NCBI RefSeq assembly: GCF_003231495.1
Contig: NZ_PQWO01000024.1
Location: 1 to 32,000, forward strand
Reading direction: 5' to 3'
DNA length: 32,000 bases
Source of the DNA: Acaryochloris thomasi RCC1774
GTDB lineage: Bacteria; Cyanobacteriota; Cyanobacteriia; Thermosynechococcales; Thermosynechococcaceae
A model generated the notes under the pieces. That model saw only the letters and a program-made list of their open reading frames with translations, did no database searches and was not told the DNA's origin. The translations under genes were made by a program, and so were the position numbers. The stretch's first letter is position 1, and each line of letters opens with the position of its first letter. Shown here in pieces: positions 9,594 to 17,296 of this stretch.

Positions 9594-9958
9594 TAACCAT
9601 ATAACTTCAGGCTCTACGCTAGTGTTCCCTTGTCTCTTCACAATATTGACACTGAAGAAAATATTTTCCTCCGAAAATAAAATAATAACTTGTATTTCAC
9701 CTGTACCAATAGTGCCTCTTTTTTATGAAGCGCAGGGACGGTCTTTAAAAAAGTTGCAGTTGTACGTAAAAGTTTACTTTTTCGACGCATATCACATGCT
9801 AACAATGAAATCTTGTCATCTTCGGCGCGACAAGACAGAATGTTGTCTGAAATCACGTGTGTTTCTTTTGACTCTTGTCTCACGATACGGTTGAGCGCTA
9901 GCTTGATGATGGGCGATAGGCTTTCTACCGCTGACTTTTACCTTAGGTGTCTTACCCT

Positions 9959-11446
9959 ATGCCGTTGACGCTTTACAACACGCTCACTCGCCAAAAAGAA
10001 ACTTTTGAGCCAATTGCTCTGGGTAAAGTCCGCTTTTACTGTTGTGGTGTCACGGTCTATGACTATTGCCACCTGGGGCATGCCCGCTCTTACATTGTCT
10101 GGGATGTGGTGCGGCGTTACCTGCAGTGGTGTGGGTATGACGTGCAGTATGTGCAGAATTACACCGACATTGATGACAAAATTCTCAAGCGTGCCCGCGA
10201 ACAAAACGAAGATTGGCAGGTGATTACCCAGCGATATATCACTGCATACCAAGAAGATATGAGTCGGCTCAATATTTTACCTGCGGATGTTTATCCGAAG
10301 GCTACTGAGTTTATCCCTCAAATGATTGCGTTGATTGAGTCTCTGGAGCAGCGGGGTCATGCCTATGCTGCGGAGGGTGATGTCTACTACGCGGTCGAAA
10401 AATTCCCGGGGTATGGCAAATTATCGGGCCGTAAGCTTGATCAGATGGAGGTGGGGGCTAGCGGCAGGGTGCAAGCTGATGTACGGAAGCGCCACCCCCT
10501 CGATTTCGCATTGTGGAAGGCGACAAAACCTGGTGAACCGGCTTGGGACTCTCCTTGGGGGGCTGGACGTCCGGGTTGGCACCTTGAATGCTCGGCAATG
10601 GCTAAGGACTGTCTGGGGACTGAAATCGATATTCATGCCGGCGGGTCCGATCTAACTTTTCCGCATCATGAGAATGAAATTGCCCAGTCTGAGGCGTCGG
10701 GGTCTGAGCGCTTGGCGCGTTACTGGATGCACAATGGGTTTGTGAATGTGGGGGGAGAAAAGATGTCAAAGTCTTTGGGAAACTTCACCACGATTCGTCA
10801 ATTGTTAGACAGCCCGATTCCGGCGTTGGATGGCGCGTTGTTTCATCCGATGGCGATGCGTCTGTTTGTGCTGCAGGCGCAGTATCGCAAGCCGATTGAT
10901 TTTACCGATGATGCTGTGATTGCGGCGAATCAGAGCTGGCAAACGCTGCGGGATGGGCTGCTGTTCGGGTTTGACTATGGTGGTCAACTGGGATGGTCTG
11001 ATGTTGAAGATCAAGACTTTGGCGATTCGGCTGCCATGCGGATGCCAGAGGGGGCATTGGTTGAGCGCTTCAAGGTGGCAATGGATGATGACTTTAATAC
11101 ATCCAGTGCTTTGGTGGTGTTGTTTGAGTTGGCGAAAGAGTTGCGGCGGGTTGGCAATGTATTAACCCATCAGGGAGAGATTAGTGAGACGGCTGATGAG
11201 TTGCGAGGTCGGTGGCAAACGTTGGTTTGCTTGGCACAGGTGCTGGGTTTGGAAGTTCAACCAGAGGCGAAGGCAGATCCGGTGGGAACTGGTGATGATG
11301 AAATTGAGGAACTGATTGCCCTGCGGCAGGCTGCTCGGCAGGCGAAGGATTTTGCAGAGAGCGATCGCATCCGTGATCAGCTTACAGCTCAGGGCATCAC
11401 GCTTATTGACCAAGCTGGAGGCGTCACAAGCTGGCATCGATCATAA
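9959..11446 (+). CDS. cysS: Cysteine--tRNA ligase
   Basis: Class I synthetase signatures are present: HLGH (CHLGHARSY) and KMSKS (GEKMSKSLGN). The zinc/cysteine-binding CCGVT and WHLECS motifs are also there. The ATG at 9959 (MPLTLYNTLTRQKE) is preferred over GTG 9947. Confidence 0.93.
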   Translation: MPLTLYNTLTRQKETFEPIALGKVRFYCCGVTVYDYCHLGHARSYIVWDVVRRYLQWCGYDVQYVQNYTDIDDKILKRAREQNEDWQVITQRYITAYQEDMSRLNILPADVYPKATEFIPQMIALIESLEQRGHAYAAEGDVYYAVEKFPGYGKLSGRKLDQMEVGASGRVQADVRKRHPLDFALWKATKPGEPAWDSPWGAGRPGWHLECSAMAKDCLGTEIDIHAGGSDLTFPHHENEIAQSEASGSERLARYWMHNGFVNVGGEKMSKSLGNFTTIRQLLDSPIPALDGALFHPMAMRLFVLQAQYRKPIDFTDDAVIAANQSWQTLRDGLLFGFDYGGQLGWSDVEDQDFGDSAAMRMPEGALVERFKVAMDDDFNTSSALVVLFELAKELRRVGNVLTHQGEISETADELRGRWQTLVCLAQVLGLEVQPEAKADPVGTGDDEIEELIALRQAARQAKDFAESDRIRDQLTAQGITLIDQAGGVTSWHRS

Positions 11447-11496
11447 AAGATGAAATTTAGATAGGTTTCAGCAGCCATGAGAAACTCAGATTTTCG

Positions 11497-12069
11497 ATGA
11501 AGAAACCTTTTGTTGTCGTCGTGACAGGCCGACCGGGGTCAGGAGAAACAACTTTGGCCCATCTTTTGGCTAACCGAATTCACTGTCCGGCATTTTGCCG
11601 CGATGAATTCAAGGAAGGTTTCGTGCATACTGTGGGGGGAAACCACGAATCGCTGGGCCAAGACGTGAATTGGGATATCTATGAAACCTTCTTTGAGACT
11701 GTCGATTTTGTGGCTTCAAAGGGAATTAGCCTTGTGATCGAAGCGGCGTTCCAGCATAAGCTCTGGGCACCTAAGTTACTCCCACTGACGCAGATTGCTA
11801 ACGTTTCTCTCGTCATCTGCACCGTCGCTCCGGGCTTGGCAAGATCTCGATGTATCGAAAGAAGCACGAAGGATATGACTCGAGAGCGCTTTCACGGTGA
11901 CTCGGCTATACTCGCCGCTAAAGAAGGAACTGAATTGTCGAAGTTTGATTACTGTCCACCCGCGCTGCCTGTGCCGTTGCTCTCTGTTGACACCACGGAT
12001 GGCTATTGCCCTGATGTGGATGAAATTATCTCCTTTGCCATGCAGTCAAGTCGTGCTGTAGACCTTTGA
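11497..12069 (+). CDS. P-loop NTPase/kinase-like protein (AAA_33-like) with an atypical Walker A (GRPGSGETT)
   Basis: The N-terminus KPFVVVVTGRPGSGETTLAHLLA follows the small-kinase P-loop layout, and RDEFKEG lies downstream. The codon at 11545-11547 is GAA (Glu) where the invariant Lys of GxxxxGK[ST] is expected. Confidence 0.7.
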   Translation: MKKPFVVVVTGRPGSGETTLAHLLANRIHCPAFCRDEFKEGFVHTVGGNHESLGQDVNWDIYETFFETVDFVASKGISLVIEAAFQHKLWAPKLLPLTQIANVSLVICTVAPGLARSRCIERSTKDMTRERFHGDSAILAAKEGTELSKFDYCPPALPVPLLSVDTTDGYCPDVDEIISFAMQSSRAVDL

Positions 12070-12107
12070 CATATTTTATAAGTGGATCGTGTCACTCAGA
12101 TCGCAGC

Positions 12108-13856
12108 TCAAATACCATGACTCTTACCAATCACCCAATGTCGTCGGAAGAATCGAGCTAGATTTGTCTCTTCAAGAGAAAGGTAAATTGGACGACCGTG
12201 GGGACAGGTTCGAGGACGTTGAGTACGCTGCCATTGATCTAACAGCGTTTGCATCTCTGGTAAGGCAAGCGGGGTGCCGTTGCGAATCGCGCTACGACAG
12301 GCTGTGGCAACCAATGCTGCATCTAGCTCTGTACATTGACTTAGTTCCAGTAGAGCTTCCTGGCAGTCAGAACGTTTGGCTAGCGGTTCAGGTGCAGAGC
12401 GAATCGCCCACAAGTGTGGACCGAAGATCTCTATCTCTAGTCCAAAATGAGTTAACTGGTTAACTTGCTGTTCAGTGAGATCTGGCAGCATGATTGGGGG
12501 CGTTAGCGGTACCAACTGCCAATCTTTCTGGAGCTGTTCGTAGAGAACGCGCTCGTGAGCAATGTGTTGTTCTATGAGCCACATGCCGCTCGTATGCTCG
12601 GCCAAAATGTAGGTTTGATGAAGCTGTGCGATCGCACGTAGTTCATGCAGCCTCTCATGGTCTTCCTCAGTGTTAGACAACAGCGAAGACTGTTGTAGGT
12701 TATATACACCTTTACCTTCTGCGACCTTCACTAACTGCTGAATTTTTTGACTGTGTCCTGCATCAGCATCGTCTGGAATCTTGAGCAGCTCTTGAATCAC
12801 CGCTGCTACCCGCTGCTGCCACTGTTCAAGATCTCGAAGGTAAATATCGGTTTTTGCCGGATGACGGTTCCAGTCAACCTGCTCGGGTTCGATGTATAGA
12901 TGTATAAAACACAGTGGATATCGATGGCGTGGCAGGGTTTGCCGAAAGTTGCGTAAAATCGTCTGCTCTAGTGGTCTTAGGGCCGTAAAATTATCGTCGC
13001 CGCTCACCTGTACGCAGCGTCCATTGACGGCCACTCGCACCCAGTCGGGACGGTGGCGGTGGCAGCGGTCGGGTAGACCCAGCAAAACTTCTAAGTATTC
13101 TGTACCGTTATTGAACGGAACTTTTAGGCAGCGCAGATCTCCAGGGTCGAGGGTGCTGAGAATCTGGGGCAAGATGTCTTGAGCTGTTTGACCGGGGGCG
13201 ATGCTAAACCATTGACGCTCGCCTTGATAGACCTGCCACGTGATCTGGGGATGGCACAGGGCATGGCTGTGGATAACGGCCTGAATGCTCCGTAACTGCT
13301 GCGTTAGAGAGGGAAGAGCCTGTTTGCGGGCCGGCCAGTCCCAAAAAAGTTGGTCTACCGTGGCGATAGTACCGGATGCGATCGCAACCTGATTCACCTC
13401 CGCTACTTGTCCCTGCCGGTCATAGGTAACCTGCCATCCTTCATCACCCCTGCGACTACAGATATTAAGTTGGCCCACCTGAGTCAAGCTATGGAGGGCT
13501 TCACCCCGAAATCCTAACGTTCTAATCTGCGAGAGATCACCACTCCGCAGCTTGCTGGTCGTGTGCGGAGCCGCCGCCTGCTTGAGATCGGCCCAGCTTA
13601 GCCCTACTCCATTATCAGAAACTTTAATGCGCCAGTTATCCGGCCACAGGGCAATGACAATCCGAGTGGCTTGGGCATCGATTGCATTATCAATCAGCTC
13701 TCGCACGACTGCAGCCGGTGAATCAATCACCTCTCCGGCTGCGATGCGATGCACCAGTTCCGTCGATAGGGGTTGAATCCCAGTCAATCCTAAACTTTCT
13801 CCAAGAATCACCCTTTTATCTTGACCGATTCCGGGACCATTCGTTGCCGTTGTCAA
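12108..13856 (-). CDS. mutL: DNA mismatch repair protein MutL (endonuclease-type)
   Basis: The GHKL ATPase N-terminus is present (IAAGEVIDSPAAVVRELIDNAIDA, DNGVG, LGFRGEAL). The C-terminal endonuclease motifs EQHIAHERVLYE (a DQHAxxExxxxE variant) and CPHGRP are also present. There is no in-frame ATG near the N-terminus. Candidate starts are TTG 13856, GTG 13811 and TTG 13787. The last gives M-TGIQPLSTELV and best fits usual MutL N-termini. Confidence 0.9.
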   Translation of the reverse strand: MTTATNGPGIGQDKRVILGESLGLTGIQPLSTELVHRIAAGEVIDSPAAVVRELIDNAIDAQATRIVIALWPDNWRIKVSDNGVGLSWADLKQAAAPHTTSKLRSGDLSQIRTLGFRGEALHSLTQVGQLNICSRRGDEGWQVTYDRQGQVAEVNQVAIASGTIATVDQLFWDWPARKQALPSLTQQLRSIQAVIHSHALCHPQITWQVYQGERQWFSIAPGQTAQDILPQILSTLDPGDLRCLKVPFNNGTEYLEVLLGLPDRCHRHRPDWVRVAVNGRCVQVSGDDNFTALRPLEQTILRNFRQTLPRHRYPLCFIHLYIEPEQVDWNRHPAKTDIYLRDLEQWQQRVAAVIQELLKIPDDADAGHSQKIQQLVKVAEGKGVYNLQQSSLLSNTEEDHERLHELRAIAQLHQTYILAEHTSGMWLIEQHIAHERVLYEQLQKDWQLVPLTPPIMLPDLTEQQVNQLTHFGLEIEIFGPHLWAIRSAPEPLAKRSDCQEALLELSQCTELDAALVATACRSAIRNGTPLALPEMQTLLDQWQRTQRPRTCPHGRPIYLSLEETNLARFFRRHWVIGKSHGI

Positions 13857-14170
13857 TTGAGCCGTTTGAGGTTGGCGAATAATCAGTGCAGCGAGTGAAG
13901 TTCTGTTCAGATGCCATTTCTGAGGGCTGTCTGTTACCTTTGCGACAAAAGTACAAATAACTTAGGCAATGTTCCGTATTTATACGGTGATACTCTTTGG
14001 GTAGAGAAATTAGTATAGATTTATCGGGCTGTCATACCCCCCGCATATAGCCCAGCTGAGTCCCCGAAATGGCAACTTGTTCCGAAAGGGCAAGACGCAA
14101 ACTAGCAGACCTAAAAACCATCTTAGGGGTATGGATGCTGTTAGTTCCGAAGGGGCTTTACATAATCAAC

Positions 14171-14204
14171 AAAAAGCCTCCGCCTTCTGGGTGGGGGCTT
14201 TTTG
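14171..14204. terminator. Bidirectional rho-independent terminator
   Basis: The sequence is AAAAAGCCTCCGCC-TTCT-GGGTGGGGGCTTTTT. It forms a GC-rich stem of about 10 bp (with G-U pairs), flanked by an A-run on one side and a T-run on the other. It could therefore terminate the minus-strand operon ending at 14366 as well as any plus-strand transcript. Confidence 0.6.
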
Positions 14205-14365
14205 CTGCTTTGAATTAACTTTTCAAGTATCCCGGCTCTATGAATCTTCAAACCAATGCTGCCACGGACACAGCGAGTTAAGCCTCGCATGAAGCCGTTG
14301 AACAAAGCTGCGATCGCACCTACTGCTGAGATCAAAGGCCCACGCTTTTGCCCGAGCTTCAAAGC

Positions 14366-15277
14366 TTATCGGCTGGCTTGATAAAGTTCTAAATAGCGGT
14401 GCAGATATTCCGTTAGTAGGCCGTGGAGAAAGAGATCTCTGGCAGCGTTAAAGGGACTGTTGGGAATCAGCGGATGGCGATTGGTGATCACATGGTTCCA
14501 GCGGCTGTCTCCTGTCAGGTTGCTGATATAAAGGCCAAAATTCTCATCGAGCTGCAGTGATAAAACCGCTCGGGCAAACTCATCGCTTGTTAAACAAAGG
14601 GAATAAAAGACCTTGAATAGCTCGATCGCGGATTCGAGATCGAGAATCCTGCACCAGCGGCGCTTGTCAAAGTCAATATTGACTTCAATGGGCTGAATAC
14701 TATCGAAGCATAACCCTCGCTCTTGAACCGCTGCCAGCCACTGGGGATGTTCTTCTTGGGCCTGGTGATAGTCCCAAACGAAGTTATACAGAATCAGATC
14801 ATGTTCTAGAAACGCCATGCGGTCGGCTAAGTCATGGACCGTTTTTGGGTACAGGGTTGAGCGTTCAATTTCAGGATCGGGACCATTCTCAATTAAGAAA
14901 TTAGCGATGTTAGATCCGAGGCCGATGTGGCGAATAATCAGGTAGCAGGCTTCGGGCGTAACGAAGTGATTGAGAAAGAAAGCCGCAACCTGATGCATCA
15001 AGCGATAGGCTCGGAACTGGAATGGTAATAGACGCTTGATCGTCATGATGATGGCGAGGAAGATATTTGCGATCGCTTTAATTGGAATCAGCAAATAGCT
15101 CCGGGTCCAGTGCTGCAAATCCTTGAGCATGTAGGATTTCGCCACTGGATCGAGGGGAATCGCCTGATCGATGTATAAAACATCCCAAGTGTTCGGATCA
15201 CGGCGATTATAGGGTTGAGGAGTATAGACGGGCGACTCGGAGCAACCCGGCGGCGTCTGGGAAGAGGTATGTGGCAT
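14366..15277 (-). CDS. Hypothetical protein (303 aa from ATG 15277) with one predicted hydrophobic helix, coupled to the upstream KAS III fusion gene
   Basis: This is a long clean ORF. The ATG at 15277 lies 1 nt after the TAA (15279-15281) of the upstream gene, with GGAG about 10 nt upstream. The track start at 15286 is a TTG overlapping the upstream gene by 8 nt. The hydrophobic stretch is SYLLIPIKAIANIFLAIIMTI. I recognise no family. Confidence 0.7.
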   Translation of the reverse strand: MPHTSSQTPPGCSESPVYTPQPYNRRDPNTWDVLYIDQAIPLDPVAKSYMLKDLQHWTRSYLLIPIKAIANIFLAIIMTIKRLLPFQFRAYRLMHQVAAFFLNHFVTPEACYLIIRHIGLGSNIANFLIENGPDPEIERSTLYPKTVHDLADRMAFLEHDLILYNFVWDYHQAQEEHPQWLAAVQERGLCFDSIQPIEVNIDFDKRRWCRILDLESAIELFKVFYSLCLTSDEFARAVLSLQLDENFGLYISNLTGDSRWNHVITNRHPLIPNSPFNAARDLFLHGLLTEYLHRYLELYQASR

Positions 15278-15278
15278 G

Positions 15279-17135
15279 TTATTCAATCTCCTCTAGCTGA
15301 AGTCGATAGAGTCGGGCCGTGACTTGAGCCGTTTTGAAAATTCTCTGGGCAATGTCGTCCGTCATCCAGTCAGCCTGCAGCAGTGCATCGAGCTTTTGTA
15401 GGTGCGATGCGTCGTTGTCGCCGTGGTAGGCCAAAAAAGAAACCTGCTCCGTCGATAGATTTAGCGTGGCCTGGATTCGCTTTGCCCATTGTCCGGCAAG
15501 CTGGTTGCCAACCCCTTCAATGATCATCATGCTGCCGATCAGATCAACGGGGTCGAGCTGAGAAGCTTTATGGAAGATAAAGGCTGAGAGAGCTTCACCA
15601 CCAATGTTCTTTTGGGCATTGAGAATCTCTATGGGGTTACCGCCTACCGCAACATAATTCTGCTCTAGCATTTGGAAGTCTCGATGCTCTTCTTGAGCAT
15701 GTTTGATAAAGGTGGAGCGGAGCTGAAAGTCTGTGAAATTAGAGGCTGCCCGGGCAATCCACCTTGCACCCTCAGCAACCTGTGGACGCAGGTTACGCAG
15801 CAGCGCCTGATAGTCCTCGAGCGAGAAGGTGCCGTTATGGAGCCTATGCACGAGGGGCACTGAGCGAAGTTGGCGCTCGAACTCAAGCCACGTTAAGGTG
15901 AGTTGACGCAGTAGATCGGCTGATTTTGATACCTCTATGGGGGCTGGCTGTTGCTTGCTCTCAGGTTTGTTGACTGAGGAGAATTGAGGACTTGCCGGTA
16001 AAGATTGGGGCTTAGCCTGCACAACGGTTAGCATCATGTATGCGGTAGTAAATCGTCCGCTTTCGGGTACGAAACAAAAGATTTTTTGGTCGGCCTGTAG
16101 TTTGCCGGAATGGAATAATTCTTCCAGCATCAGATAAATCGAAGCACAGCCGGTATTGCCCCTTGTGTAGAGGTTCGTAAACCATTTGTGTTCAGGAATC
16201 ATGCAGTTGGCTTTCTCCAGCAGGTCCACAATTTTGCTTTTGAAGAAGTGAGAGGAATAGTGACAGAGCAGCCAATCGATCTCTTGCGGATTCACACGAC
16301 CCATTTCAATTAACTTCAGCCAGCCTTCAACCCCGAGCTTGACCACCTGATCTAGTAGCCGAGTATTTTGGCGGAGATTCATGGCTCCAGCCTGGGCGGC
16401 TTCGATATAGGAAGGATAGTCTAGCCAGCTTTTATGACCATCTACGGACCCAGCAGACATGCAGACGGGATAGGCATTGGCATGAGAGATCAGTTCAATC
16501 CAATCGACGCGTAGGCTCAAACCTTTTGGGTTAGGGCGATCTTGAAGAATGAAGGCTCCGGCTCCGTCTGAGAGCATCCAGCGCAGGAATTCGGTATCGA
16601 AGGGGAGTGAGGCACCGGTCTGAATGGAGGTTTCGGCTTCAAATTTGGTGTGCTTGAACAATCGTGAGGCGAACTCGGAAGCAGTTGAGATCGCATTCTT
16701 TCGTTTCCCCAACTCAAGCTGCGAGATCGCATAGTTAAGTGCCGCAACGCCAGAACAGCAAACGCCTTGGGTCGAAACAATCTCCAATGGTGACAGCTCG
16801 GGCAGTTCACCATGAACCATACTGGCAAATCCGGGTACTAAGAGGTCTGGGAGTGTCGTTCCACAGGCAAGGAGGTCAACCTCTTGAGCCATCAGTGGAG
16901 CATTGGCTAAGCCATCTCGAACGGCATGGGCTGCCATTTGACTGTTGGAATAGCAGGTTTTTTGCTGCGCATCGATCGCGTAATAGCGCTGCTGGATGCC
17001 GTTGCGCTTGAGAACACATTTTCTGGCTCTAGAGGGTTGACCGTTGACCTGGCCAAGGTGGGCTTCTATTTCATGGTTGGGAATTGCATCCCCCGGCAGA
17101 AACTTTCCGATCTCATTGATATAGGCACTGGGCAT
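15279..17135 (-). CDS. Fusion protein: N-terminal 3-oxoacyl-ACP synthase III (FabH/KAS III-like) domain plus C-terminal heme-oxygenase-like (TenA/PqqC/CADD-type, putative diiron) domain
   Basis: The N-terminal ~370 aa have thiolase-fold KAS III features. These are an active-site Cys context (STQGVCCSGVAAL), SDGAGAFIL, a His context (LLCHYSSHFF) and an Asn context (TRGNTGCASIYLML). A Pro/Gln-rich linker follows (AKPQSLPASPQFSSVNKPESKQQPAPIE). The C-terminal ~215 aa are helical, with a spaced carboxylate/His pattern: VAEGARW, HAQEEHRDF, MIIEGVG, AYHGDNDASH. GAGGA lies about 9 nt upstream of ATG 17135. Confidence 0.8.
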   Translation of the reverse strand: MPSAYINEIGKFLPGDAIPNHEIEAHLGQVNGQPSRARKCVLKRNGIQQRYYAIDAQQKTCYSNSQMAAHAVRDGLANAPLMAQEVDLLACGTTLPDLLVPGFASMVHGELPELSPLEIVSTQGVCCSGVAALNYAISQLELGKRKNAISTASEFASRLFKHTKFEAETSIQTGASLPFDTEFLRWMLSDGAGAFILQDRPNPKGLSLRVDWIELISHANAYPVCMSAGSVDGHKSWLDYPSYIEAAQAGAMNLRQNTRLLDQVVKLGVEGWLKLIEMGRVNPQEIDWLLCHYSSHFFKSKIVDLLEKANCMIPEHKWFTNLYTRGNTGCASIYLMLEELFHSGKLQADQKIFCFVPESGRFTTAYMMLTVVQAKPQSLPASPQFSSVNKPESKQQPAPIEVSKSADLLRQLTLTWLEFERQLRSVPLVHRLHNGTFSLEDYQALLRNLRPQVAEGARWIARAASNFTDFQLRSTFIKHAQEEHRDFQMLEQNYVAVGGNPIEILNAQKNIGGEALSAFIFHKASQLDPVDLIGSMMIIEGVGNQLAGQWAKRIQATLNLSTEQVSFLAYHGDNDASHLQKLDALLQADWMTDDIAQRIFKTAQVTARLYRLQLEEIE

Positions 17136-17296
17136 AGGTAAATCTTCCTCAACTGGATAGCCCCATCCTGTCGTCTCAATTTATGAATATACAATGATCA
17201 AAATCTATACACCGTTAGGAATACCAAGGTTGGTGAAAAAGAACGAACGAAGGTGAAGCAGCATGAACCAGAGTCGCTTCTCTGTCTGATGACTGA

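Noticed and set aside
9640-9958. A possible T-box riboswitch upstream of cysS
   Set aside because: I found no T-box consensus (AAnnnGGGTGGTACCGCG-like), no specifier-loop architecture and no terminator U-run. Only the short competing hairpins are reported separately.
12089-12463. A 124-aa plus-strand ORF overlapping the 3' end of mutL
   Set aside because: It is entirely antisense to the conserved MutL C-terminal domain. It has no motif and no Shine-Dalgarno sequence. The MutL frame carries CPHGRP here and is clearly the real one.
14141-14362. A 73-aa minus-strand ORF (TTG start) downstream of the 303-aa gene, with a hydrophobic stretch GPLISAVGAIAALFNGF
   Set aside because: It reads straight through the terminator hairpin (KKPPPRRRRLF is the translated stem-loop) and has no ATG or ribosome-binding site. 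It is more likely 3' UTR. The plus-strand ORF 14077..14292 is rejected for the same reason.
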